A model generated the notes under the pieces. That model worked only from the letters and a program-made list of their open reading frames with translations. It was not told where the DNA came from and searched no databases. Both the position numbers and the translations under genes were made by a program. From assembly GCA_964016885.1 (NCBI GenBank), contig CAXHJY010001087.1, forward strand, positions 67,165-131,164: DNA of 64,000 bases, read 5' to 3'. The DNA comes from Eledone cirrhosa (lineage: Eukaryota). Within the stretch, counting starts at the first letter, position 1. Each line of letters begins with the position of its first letter. This document shows, piece after piece, positions 26,785-38,817 of this stretch.

Positions 26785-29700
26785 CAGTGGTGGATTAACA
26801 AAGTAAGCACGTGCTCAGGGCATCAAAGGAAGAAGGGGCACCTCAAAAATTTTTTATATGATGAATTTACAGTTTAAATTATTAAATTAATTCATTTTAT
26901 AGCAATTTTCAAAATGAAATAAGAAATGAATAAATTTGTATAAACATAGTTGTTCATTTCAGTTTATTTGTTAAATCTCAGTTTTTCAGACGTTTATCCT
27001 TAGAAATTTTTCTGAAACTCCAATGTATTCTGGTTTAATTTTAAAATGGCTACATGCTTGTTGAAATGTTTTTGAAGGTTTATGAATATAGCCACCAGCT
27101 GAAAGTTTTTTGATACTCCCAATCCCAGCTAACCAAGGTTTATTTTCTGCTTCTTTTTATTAACAATTCTGTTCATTTTTTTTAGTTTTTTTACAAACTA
27201 TTATTTGGGTTCACACCATCCTTTTTCAAATCTAACCATCAGATCTAATTAACAGATCCCCCAAAAATCTAACCATTCAAATCTAATTAACAGATCCCAA
27301 AAACCAAGATGAAACGCATTCAGTTAAGTGGGGCACAAAAACAAAAACTTTCAAACAAGAAACAAGAAAAAGCTTCGGAATTAGATTGCAAGACAGCAAA
27401 GCTGACTAATTTTTTCTCACAAGTTCCACAACATGATTTACAGATTCCAGGTCAAAACCGATATACGTTATCTGAAGTAGACATGAATACGGCAAATACA
27501 ACTTTGATTACTTCAGAATCAAAATATGATGACATTAGAAGTACCGAGATGTCGCAAGCATGTTCATCCAGCACATGTCTCACAACTGATCTTACTTTGC
27601 CTGTGAATTCTCTTTATTCGGATACCTCTACTGCAAATGATGATAGGGCTCAAATAATTGCTGAAAATAGAAGTTTAGAGCACTATGGTGGTGAAATTAA
27701 TTTGCCTGTAAAAAATGAAGAAAATTACAATTTAGCGAACGATCCAGGAATGTGGCTTGATTTCTCTGCTAATAATATAGCTTATTGGATTACTTGTGAA
27801 GCCAGTATTTGTCAACACCACAACGGGCCATTTGAAAAGTCTTGCCGTCATTTTAGTAGTGGCAAACCAGTAAGGTATTGCTCACAGAAACTTTTTATTG
27901 GGACAAAAGCCAATGGTGAAAAATACAAGAGAGAGTTACTCTATTCACCATCAAGAGGATCAGTTTATTGTTTTGTTTGTAAACTGTTTGCTCGTGAAAA
28001 AAATTCAATTTTTGTTTCAAGAGAAGGGTTCAGTGATTGGCGGAATACTATTGTAATTGAAAAGCATGAGAAAAGCATTATTCACCAAGACTCTTTGCTG
28101 GCATATTTAACTGGCAGGCAAGGTGCGGGGTTAAAGTCAGATTTGGAGAAACAAATTCATGAAGAGTGCAATTACTGGGAACATGTTTTGAGGCGTGTCG
28201 TAGCTGTTATTTGTACGTTAGCTGAACGTGGCTTGCCTTAGGAAGTGATGAGAAGTTTGGATCGTTGCAAAATAGGAATTTTTTAGGGCTGCTTGAACTC
28301 ATAAGCCAGTTTGATCCATTTTTAGCAGACCACATTTCTAAATATGGAAATTCTGGAAAAGGAAATCCTTCTTACATGTCAAAAACCACTATCGACGAAA
28401 TTATTCAACTAATGGCACAAAAGGTCCGTGAGTTCATTATTAACAAAGTTAAATCTTCTGGTTATTTTAGTTTGCCCATTGTGATTCAACACCAGATTTA
28501 TCACATAGCGATCAATTGAGTGTTGTACTTAGGTATTTACAAGATGGACAGCCTATTGAACGATTTTTAACCTTCATCATAATAGAAAACCACACTGGCG
28601 AGAATATGGCGAACCAGGTGCTGCTGCATTTACGTGAAGCTTGTGGGTTAAATGTTTCAAAATGTAGGGGTCAGACTTATGACAATGCTACTAACATGTC
28701 TGGGCGTTATAAGGGGATGCAGCAAAGAATTTTAGAAACAAACAACTTTGCTATATATGTGCCCTGTGCAGCTCATTCATTAAATCTTGTTGGCCGGAGT
28801 GCTGATGACTGCTGTCAAGAGGCTGTTAATTTTTTCTCCACAGTACAGTAACTCTATAATTTTTTTTCTGCTTCCACTAACTGCTGGAAAATTCTCAAAG
28901 ATTGTATTAAGAATGAATGTGTCTTGAAATCCCTCTCTGATACAAGATGGGAAGCACATGCTATGGCAACAGCAGCAATCTTGAAATCGTTCCCTGAGAT
29001 TTCCGAGGCATTAGAATATATAGCCGAAGATCAATCACGAAAGGGAGACGCTAGAAGAGAGGCAAATAATATTGTTGATAAGATGCAAGAGCTAGAATTC
29101 GTTTTTATGTTGATTTTTTTAAATGAGATTTTGCAGAATTTTCACAGAGTAAGCAAAGTTCTACAAAATGAGGATGTGAACTTAAAGACATGTGCAGATC
29201 TCTATGTATCATTACCTGACCAACTGAACACCTCACGAGATGAATTTGAAAGATATGAAAAAGAGGCGAAGGAAATTCTTCCAGATGTTGATTACAGGAC
29301 AACTGCAACTCGCAAACGTATTAGAAAAAAAGTACCCAATGACAGAGATACAGCAGAAGTTTATTTAGATGCCAGAGATAAGTTTCGTATCACCACACTT
29401 TACACAATTGTTGACAAACTTGCAGCTGAGATGGAAAGAAGAGGAGAGATATACAAAGAAATGGCAGAGAAATTTTCTTTTCTTAGTGATGTGCCAAATA
29501 TAGGCACTCCATCAGCTACTAATATTGAAAGGTATTCTCAGTACTGTCAAAAGTTGATCGATGCTTATCCAGAGGACTTCAATAGTAATTTCTCAGCTGA
29601 GCTTCAGCAGTTTCATTTATATGTGCGCAATAAGATGAGTAGAACAGAAAATGTAAAAACAAGATTTAATCATGCTGAACTTTATAAAATTATTGTAAAA

Positions 29701-30127
29701 GACAATATTCAGTGTGCCTTTCCAAATGTAGACATAGCCTTTCGTATATTTTTAACATTAATGGTTACTAACTGCTCAGCGGAGCGTTCATTTTCACGGT
29801 TGAAATATATTAAAAATCCCTTCAGAACAACCATACAACAATACAGGCTGGATGCTTTATCCCTATTGTGTATAGAAGCAGATGTGTTACGCAAGATTGG
29901 TTACAAGGATCTGATCAAAGACTTTGCAAGAAAAAAAAGCAGGAAAAAATTATTCAATAAATAAAATTATTTTCTCTCTTTCTGTATGTTTTGCTTTATT
30001 TTGAAATTTCAATAAATAAAACTTTAATTTACCATATATTATTGTTTATTTTTTGATCTACAAATGTATGGGGGCACCATACAAATTTTTAGTGCTTAGG
30101 GTCTCTAAGGGTTTTAATCCGGCCCTG
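26785..30127 (+). mobile_element. hAT DNA transposon, full length, decayed
   Basis: Imperfect TIRs cagtggtggattaa / ttaatccggccctg (11/14 match); 8-bp TSD tatatatg on both sides. Confidence 0.88.
27309..29964 (+). pseudogene. hAT transposase (ZMYM1-like: TTF zinc finger, DUF4371-like region, hATC dimerisation domain)
   Basis: Split over four ORFs with motifs VYCFVCKLF..GFSDW..KHEKS..H, GQTYDNATNMSG, YVPCAAHSLNL, SDTRW and VTNCSAERSFSRLK. Confidence 0.88.
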
Positions 30128-30142
30128 TATATATGTATATAA

Positions 30143-30195
<53 letters not shown>

Positions 30196-30200
<5 letters not shown>

Positions 30201-30548
30201 GAGATGAAATCGAAAATGCAACTGGAGTCTTATTTTTTAAAAAAATATATATATTTATTTGGTTCCTTTACCGGTTTCGCAGTTCTTCTGCTTTTCAAAA
30301 GGTGAGTTGAGATGGAGGGTCTGTGGTTTTTCTCACATCTCAGATGTGAGAAAAACCACAGACCCTCCATCTCAACTCATCTTTTAAAAAGCAGAAGAAC
30401 TGCGAAACCGGTAAAGGAACCAAATAAATATATATATTTAAAAAAAAATAAGACTCCAGTTGCATTTTCGATTTCATCTCTTTTTCTTTATACTTTCACT
30501 CGTGTAGGACACCTTGGTTATTTTTCATTTTGTAAAAAAAAACCTCAC

Positions 30549-30553
<5 letters not shown>
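30196..30553. mobile_element. Fold-back of PLE-type 3' ends with degenerate HHRs
   Basis: Arms 30196-30340 and 30342-30485 with a 1-nt centre; right arm extends to 30553; (TA)n on both sides. Confidence 0.8.
30265..30302 (-). ncRNA. Degenerate hammerhead (mirror copy at 30380-30417, + strand)
   Basis: cctt TTGAAAA gcag-aagaa-ctgc GAAA ccgg TA aagg; stems intact, core mutated from CUGANGA. Confidence 0.6.
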
Positions 30554-30614
<61 letters not shown>

Positions 30615-30669
30615 GTATATGTATATATATGTATATATATGTATATATATATATATGTATATATATGTA

Positions 30670-32412
30670 TCATCATCATCATCATCATCAACGTTTAACG
30701 TCCGTGTTCCACGCTTGCATGGGTTTGGACGGGAGTTTTCCCACTTGAGGCAAGAGTGATTGTCTTGCTCGCATAGGACTGTCTGGCAGGTTTTCTACAG
30801 TTGGATGCCCTTCCTAACACCAACCACATTTACAGTGTGGGTCTGGGAGGTTTTTACCGTGTTGCCTACACGGCCACATTACAGCGTGGACTGTGTGTTT
30901 TTTTGTTGTGACACCTACGCGATCTCATTTGTTTCGGCCTGGATGGTGTGGCACCAACATAACTTTACATAGAAGGGGGCGGTGTGGATGGGGTGGGGGT
31001 GGTGGGACGGGGGTGTATTTTGTTAGAGATGACAACTGGCTGTAGTAGGTTTTACTATGTATTTAGGTAAGGTGGGTCTTCTCTATTACTGAGTACCGCC
31101 AAAGGTCTCGGTCCAGTGACATTGTCTTGGAGAGGTGTAAGTGTGTGAGGTTGGAGTTTATTAGCTCGTCCCAGGTTTTTCTAGGTCTGCCTATTCCGTG
31201 GCTACCGTCTATCTTTATTGCCCTGCACTTTGTTATACAGCTATCGACTTTCATGCGCATCACGTGTCCATACCAACGTAGCCTTCTCTCGAGTAAACAA
31301 CATCTGATCCCTCTTATTTCTAATTTTTTCCTTAGTTCGTTTATGCTTTGCCGTTCACGTATATTACTATTACACATCCAGCGGAGCATGCAAGCTTCGT
31401 TCCTCTCTAGTCTGCGTATATCCTCTGCACACAATGCTCAGGTCTCACCGCCATGCAACATTGCTGTTAGTATGCAGGCATCATACAACCTGCCTTTCAT
31501 TTTTAGGGAGAACCCTTTAGCGGCTAATAGTGGTATAAGCTCTCTGAACTTTTTCCATCCAGTTCTGACTCTAGCTACTGTACTTTCAGACACCCACCCC
31601 CACTGCTGATTTTGTCACCCAGGTAACGGAAGCTGTCCACTATTTCTATAGAGCCCTCTGCGCAGTTGAAAGAGCTAGTATTTTGTGGGCACTTGCTGCT
31701 ACTTATTGCACCAGAGCACCGGCCACATGTGAAATCTATGTTCTTAGTTAGCTTACCTGTGATCCCACTACATCTTTTATGCACCCATACTTTGCATTTA
31801 GGACACAAAATGGAGTTTCTACCTATGCCTTTCCTACACACTGAGCATGGCCACTTCCTGGAAGGGACCGCCGCCTTATTTTCTTTCCTACAAACTAGAA
31901 CTTTGGTCTTAGCCAGGTTAATTTTAAGGCCTTTTGATTCTAGGCCGTGCTTCCATGTTTGGAATTTCTTCTCTAGCTCAGCCATTGATTCAGCTATGAG
32001 TGTTAGGTCATCTGCGTATAGGAGTTCCCATGGGCAGCCGGTCTTGAACTCCTCTGTTATAGCCTGAAGGGCAATAATAAATAGTAGGGGGCTGAGAACA
32101 GAGCCCTGATGGACGCCAACTTTTACGCTAAACTCTTCACTATATTCGTTGTTAATTCTAACCTTGCTGACTGTTTCTTTATACATGGCTTGTATAGCTC
32201 TCACAAGCCATTCGTCGACACATAGTTTTCTAAGAGGCCACCAGATAATGGAACGGAGGACTCTGTCGAAGGCTTTCTCCAAGTCGACAAAAGCTAAGTA
32301 TAGGGGTTTACTTTTAGCTAGGTACTTCTCCTGTAGTTGTCGTACAATGAAAAGAGCATCTGTGGTACTTTTGCCTGACACAAACCCGAACTGCATTTCA
32401 TCTAGGTCAATT
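30670..32412 (-). mobile_element. RTE-type LINE, 5'-truncated, with stops (family A)
   Basis: RT motifs [26 protein letters not shown]; Cys/His insert [18 protein letters not shown]; LRWYGHV..GRPRKTW; (ATG)n tail. Confidence 0.9.
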
Positions 32413-32515
32413 GTATGTATATATATATGTATATATATATATATATATATGTATATATAAATATATGTATGTATATATATATATGTATATATATATGTAT
32501 ATATATACATATCTC

Positions 32516-32547
<32 letters not shown>

Positions 32548-33205
32548 TGTATATATATGTATATATGTATATACATATATATGTATATAAATATCTTTAA
32601 GTCGTTTGGAAGCCTCGACAATGCAAATGGGTAAATCTCCGGGTAACAAGGTCCGGTGGTGGAGAGAGAAATGTAAGTGGGTGTACGTTGAGATGCGTGG
32701 TGTGTATAAGATGTGTAGAATGAAGGGAAGAGTATAAAGGATAAAAATAAAAATAACAACACAAGAGAGAGTTACCTTGGGAGAGATTTAATAGTCCCTA
32801 TATATTTCGGATTCACATCCATCAACTGGGTTTTTTTTCCGGGGTGGGGGAAAAGGTTGTCTGTCGTACAACGTCTTTCGCTGTTTGTTGTTTTGAATAT
32901 CTGAGGTATTCGGCAGAACGCGCGTGCGCGAGAAATGGGGTCGGTCGTACAGAGGTCAGCGGCCGAATGAGGGAGTGGGATAGCGCTAGCTGTCAGTCCA
33001 TTCTCTGCCTGTTTGTTAAATGTTACTGTGTGTGTTGTGTGTGTGTGTTGTGTGTGTGTGTTGTTGCTTTGTTCATCTGTATTGGCAGTGTAGTATGTTC
33101 GCATGGTGGAATGCTACTGTGTGTGTGTGCGTGTGCGTGTGTGTAGTTGTCTCGTTTGCGTGTGTGTGTGTGCGTGTGTTGTGTGTTGTTGCATCGCTTG
33201 TTAAC

Positions 33206-34884
33206 TTAAACCAGCCATTTCATTTCGCTTCTCTCTGATCGGTTGTTTATTTGCGGTTGCAGTCGTTTGATAAAAAGCACTTCCTTGATACGTAACGTGC
33301 CGACGTTTCTTTCAGTCGCTAGAATTGTGACAATGGGCCTTCCGTCTTTGTTTCCGCATTTGTCTATGTGTTTCCGGAAAGACGAGGCCCTGGTTTTAGT
33401 GTGTTCCTTGATCCGGATGTGCAAAGGTCGAATTGTGCTACCTATGTAGTATTGGTTGCACCTGTCACATTCTATCTTATACACGACGTATGTGCGTAGG
33501 CAACAGTTAGCATGGCGTATCGGGCAGTCTCTGAGGGAGCATGCGTCAGTAGATTTTTCGGGTTTCCTGGAGAGGCATCTTCGCAGGGAGGGGCCCGAGT
33601 GGGCCAGGTGGATGTCGAGGCCCTCCCTCCGTATAGCCTTGCGGATAGCGTTGGTGGTTTTCTCGCCCAGGTGTGGCATTTTAAGGAAGCACTTGCCTTG
33701 GGTGCTTCTCTGTCTCTTGCGTCTGGTGTCTCCTATTCTGTCTGTGATCGAGGTAGGGTACCCGTTCGTCTCCAGCACCTCGAGGAATCGCTTGGTATGA
33801 GTGACACCACTCGCGGGATCTCTGCATATGTTTTTGATTCGCGCGATCTCGTTCGTGATGTATCCTCTTTTGGCACTGTTAGGGAGGGCGGACTTGTAGT
33901 GAACGAATAGGTCCCTGCAGGCTGCGTTTCTATAGAAGTTGCAGTGGATCCCTCCTTGTTCCGTGATGTTGATTCGGAAGTCAAGGAGGGCAAGTGACCC
34001 GTCTTCGTTGGGGTGTTCAACACTGAAGTCAATGTTCTCGTCCGTGTTGTTGAACGTCTCATAGATTCTGTTCGCCGTGTCTTGGGAAGATGTGAGGATG
34101 AGGATATCGTCCACGTATCTTGAGAAAAAGGCTACGGCGTTGGGGTGGCAGGCGTTGAGTGCCTTGCGTTCGAGGTTGTCCATGTAGGAGATCGCTAGCA
34201 CACCTGATAGGCTTGATCCCATGGGCAATCCCGAGGTTTGTTGGTATATTTGGTCAAGGAATCCGAAGTAGGTGTTGTCGACGACGATGGATAGGAGTTG
34301 GTGGATGTCAGTGGTGGTGAACCCGAAGCAGTGTAGGTCGGTGGATTGGACGCGTTCCATTAGTATATTGACGGCCGGGAGTGCCGTGACCGAGGTGTAG
34401 AGAGCGACTACATCAAGGCTGAAGGCATATCTGTTATTCCTTCTGGTGTCGGGATCCATTTGATGCAGGCGCTTCAACACCTCCTCGGAGCTGTTAACGT
34501 GTCCCGGCAAGGTGTCTAAGATGGGTTTGAGTATTCTGGCTAGGAGCCATGAAATTTTGTAGAGTGGTCCCTCCACGCTCGATACGATGGGCCTGATTTT
34601 CAGGTCAGGTCCCTGTTTGTGTGTTTTCATGAGGTGGTAGAAGGCGGGTAGTCTGCTGTTCCTCGTGAGGAGGTTGTATCTCAGCTTCTTCGGGAGCTTC
34701 CGCCGGTCGCAGATGTTGGTCCAGGCGGAGTTGATGTGTTCTTCTATCTGCGCGGGAGTGATTCCCGTGACCTTGGAGTAGAGGTTGTCATCGTCAAGGT
34801 GTTGGAGGGCCAGGGTGTTGTAGGCCTCTCTGCTGATGACGCAGAATTCTTTTCCCTTGTCGGAGGGGAGATAGATGAGGTTCT
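33206..34884 (-). pseudogene. PLE RT + GIY-YIG endonuclease, 5'-truncated but uninterrupted
   Basis: PSDKG, KIRPIVSS, SLDVVALYT, GLPMGS, RYVDD, Cys linker CSLRDCP..CC, VVYKIECDRCNQYYIGST..RIKEH; native N-terminus missing. Confidence 0.9.
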
Positions 34885-36603
34885 CACCAAATCTCAACTC
34901 ACCACTCTCTCCAACCTAAAATCGAAGAACCTCATCTATCTCCCCTCCGACAAGGGAAAAGAATTCTGCGTCATCAGCAGAGAGGCCTACAACACCCTGG
35001 CCCTCCAACACCTTGACGATGACAACCTCTACTCCAAGGTCACGGGAATCACTCCCGCGCAGATAGAAGAACACATCAACTCCGCCTGGACCAACATCTG
35101 CGACCGGCGGAAGCTCCCGAAGAAGCTGAGATACAACCTCCTCACGAGGAACAGCAGACTACCCGCCTTCTACCATCTCGTGAAAACACACAAACAGGGA
35201 CCCGACCTGAAAATCAGGCCCATCGTATCGAGCGTGGAGGGACCACTCTACAAAATTTCATGGCTCCTAGCCAGAATACTCAAACCCATCTTAGACACCT
35301 TGCCGGGACACGTTAACAGCTCCGAGGAGGTGTTGAAGCGCCTGCATCAAATGGATCCCGACACCAGAAGGAATAACAGATATGCCTTCAGCCTTGATGT
35401 AGTCGCTCTCTACACCTCGGTCCCGGCACTCCCGGCCGTCAATATACTAATGGAACGCGTCCAATCCACCGACCTACACTGCTTCGGGCTTACCACCACT
35501 GACATCCACCAACTCCTATCCATCGTCGTCGACAACACCTACTTCGGTTTCCTTGACCAAATATACCAAAAAACCTCGGGATTGCCCATGGGATCAAGCC
35601 TATCAGGTGTGCTAGCGATCTCCTAATGGACAACCTCGAACGCAAGGCACTCAACGCCTGCCACCCCAACGCCGTAGCCTTTTTCTCAAGATACGTGGAC
35701 AATATCCTCATCCTCACATCTTCCCAAGACACGGCGAACAGAATCTATGAGACGTTCAACAACACGGACGAGAACATTGACTTCAGTGTTGAACACCCCA
35801 ACGAAGACGGGTCACTTGCCCTCCTCGACTTCCGAATCAACATCACGGAACAAGGAGGGATCCACTGCAACTTCTATAGAAACGCAGCCTGCAGGGACCT
35901 ATTCGTTCACTACAAGTCCGCCCTCCCTAACGGTGCCAAAAGAGGATACATCACGAACGAGATCGCGCGAATCAAAAACAGATGCAGCGATCCCGCGAGT
36001 GGTATCACTCATACCAAGCGATTCCTCGAGGTGCTGGAGACGAACGGGTACCCTACCTCGATCACAGACAGAATAGGAGACACCAGACGCAAGAGACAGA
36101 GAAGCACCCAAGGCAAGTGCTTCCTTAAAATGCCACACCTGGGCGAGAAAACCACCAACGCTATCCGCAAGGCTATACGGAGGGAGGGCCTCGACATCCA
36201 CCTGGCCCACTCGGGCCCCTCTCTGCGAAGATGCCTCTCCAGGAAACCCGAAAAATCTACTGACGCATGCTCCCTCAGAGACTGCCCGATACGCCATGCT
36301 AACTGTTGCCTACGCACATACGTCGTGTATAAGATAGAATGTGACAGGTGCAACCAATACTACATAGGTAGCACAATTCGACCTTTGCACATCCGGATCA
36401 AGGAACACACTAAAACCAGGGCCTCGTCTTTCCGGAAACACATAGACAAATGCGGAAACAAAGACGGAACGCCCATTGTCACAATTCTAGCGACTGAAAG
36501 AAACGTCGGCACGTTACGTATCAAGGAAGCGCTTTTTATCAAACGACTGCAACCGCAAATAAACAACCGATCAGAGAGAAGCGAAATGAAATGGCTGGTT
36601 TAA
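34883..36603 (+). pseudogene. PLE RT + GIY-YIG, frameshifted
   Basis: Mirror of the - copy. A 1-nt loss near 35624 (tcctacatg to tcctaatg) breaks the frame and YVDD has become YVDN. Confidence 0.9.
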
Positions 36604-36993
36604 GTTAACAAGCGATGCAACAACACACAACACACGCAAACGAGTAAACTACACACACACACGCACACACACAGTAGCATTCCACCATACGAACATACTA
36701 CATTGCCAATACAGATAAACAAGGCAACAACACACACACACAACACACACACTCAAGCGAGACAACAACACACGCTCACACACACACAGTAACATTTAAC
36801 AAACAGGCAGAGAATGGACTGACAGCTAGCGCCATCCCACTCCCTCATTCGGCCGCTGACCTCTGTACGACCGACCGCATTTCTCGCGCACGCGCGTTCT
36901 GCCGAATACCTCAGATATTCAAAACATCAAACAGCGAAAGACGCGTTCCGGACTTGTCCGACAGACAACCTTTTCCCCCACCCCGGAAAAAAC

Positions 36994-37029
36994 CCCCTGT
37001 TGATGGATGTGAATCCGAAATATATAGGG
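36994..37029 (+). ncRNA. Variant minimal hammerhead in PLE 3' region (mirror copy at 32796-32830, - strand)
   Basis: ccc CTGTTGA t ggat-gtga-atcc GAAA tata TA ggg; A6 replaced by U, and the mirror copy is further mutated. Confidence 0.6.
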
Positions 37030-37308
37030 ACTATTAAATCTCTCCCAAGGTAACTCTCTCTTGTGTTGTTATTTTTATTTTTATCCTTTATACTCTTCCC
37101 TTCATTCTACACATCTCACACATCTTATACACACCACGCATCTCAACGTACACCCACTTACATCTCTCTCTCCACCACCGGACTTTGTTACCCGGAGATT
37201 TACCCATTTGGATTGTCGAGGCTTCCAAACGACTTAAAGATATTTACTTATTGTTCCACAATGCTTCAAGCAAACTTCAATACTCTCTTATATATGTATA
37301 TATATATG

Positions 37309-37441
<133 letters not shown>

Positions 37442-37559
37442 ATATATATGTATATATATGTATGTATGTATATGTATATATATGTATGTATGTATATATA
37501 TATATATGTATGTATATATATATATATGTATATATATATATGTATGTATATATATAGGT

Positions 37560-37590
<31 letters not shown>

Positions 37591-37721
37591 TATATACATA
37601 TATACATATGTATATATGTATATATGTATATGTATATACATAAGTATATATATGTGTATATATATATGTATATATAGTGATGAAACATAAGTCAATTGCA
37701 TGAACTCATAATCCTTTATTT

Positions 37722-37777
37722 ACTGCTATATATATTTCGATGATAGCCATTGAATGGCTATGACCTCATCAGGCAGT
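37722..37777 (-). ncRNA. Minimal type-I hammerhead (inverted copy)
   Basis: Reverse complement of 38443-38498. Confidence 0.82.
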
Positions 37778-38030
37778 TAGTCAGTTCTTAGATATGCCAG
37801 CTCTGTGTTTATAGTGTTGATGGTATCAGAGCCTTGGGATATTGGTGTTGGAGGCTTAAAGCGTCCGTATGCGGTAGGCCGTCTGAGCACTCGATGCCCA
37901 TATATATATATATGTCCAATAAATTCCTTTCGTCGTAACACTGATTCTCTTTTTTCTGTGATATGTATATGTATATATATACATGTATATATCTATGTGT
38001 ATATATTTATATATGTATATATATATATAT

Positions 38031-38085
<55 letters not shown>

Positions 38086-38442
38086 CTTTTAAATTCCATC
38101 TGTGATAACATTTTACACGTTTTTATTGTATGTAAACTTCCCCCTTTGTATTTGTCCCCTTCTTTTGTGCCCCTGTGGCTAATAAAGAAATATATCTATC
38201 TATCTATCTATACATATATACACATACAGATATATACATATATATATATACATATACATATCACAGAAAAAAGAGAATCAGTGTTACGACGAAAGGAATT
38301 TATTGGACATATATATATATATGGGCATCGAGTGCTCAGACGGCCTACCGCATGGACGTTTTAAGCATCCAACACCAATGTCCCAAGGCTCTGATACCAT
38401 CAACACTATAAACACAGAGCTGGCATATCTAAGAACTGACTA

Positions 38443-38498
38443 ACTGCCTGATGAGGTCATAGCCATTCAATGGCTATCATCGAAATATATATAGCAGT
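38443..38498 (+). ncRNA. Minimal type-I hammerhead ribozyme
   Basis: actgc CTGATGA ggtc-atagcca-ttcaa-tggctat-catc GAAA tatata TA gcagt; palindromic stem III. Confidence 0.85.
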
Positions 38499-38605
38499 AA
38501 ATAAAGGATTATGAGTTCATGCAATTGACTTATGTTTCATCACTATATATACATATATATATACATATATATACTTATGTATATACATATACATATATAC
38601 ATATG

Positions 38606-38637
<32 letters not shown>

Positions 38638-38662
38638 CATATATATATATACATATACATAT

Positions 38663-38725
<63 letters not shown>

Positions 38726-38817
38726 GTAGGAGGTGAGTTTTATTGTAGTACAATAAAGCAATGCAGATATCGGATAAGTAGCACTCTACAGTTTGTAGGA
38801 CTGGAGTATAAATAATA

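Larger units (their letters stand above)
32588..37290. mobile_element. Head-to-head inverted pair of 5'-truncated Penelope-like elements
   Basis: 32588-34884 is the reverse complement of 34926-37246; 41-bp spacer continues the + copy ORF; (TA)n at both outer ends. Confidence 0.93.
37676..38544. mobile_element. Inverted pair of non-coding HHR-bearing units
   Basis: 37676-37963 is the reverse complement of 38258-38544; embedded in (TA)n. Confidence 0.85.

Noticed and set aside
32413-32762. N-terminus of the 395-aa RT ORF (31575-32762)
   Set aside because: Chimeric reading through the PLE 3' end and a TA tract into the truncated LINE.
34736-34882. N-terminal extension of the + strand PLE ORF
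   Set aside because: It is the antisense of the inverted left arm read through the junction.
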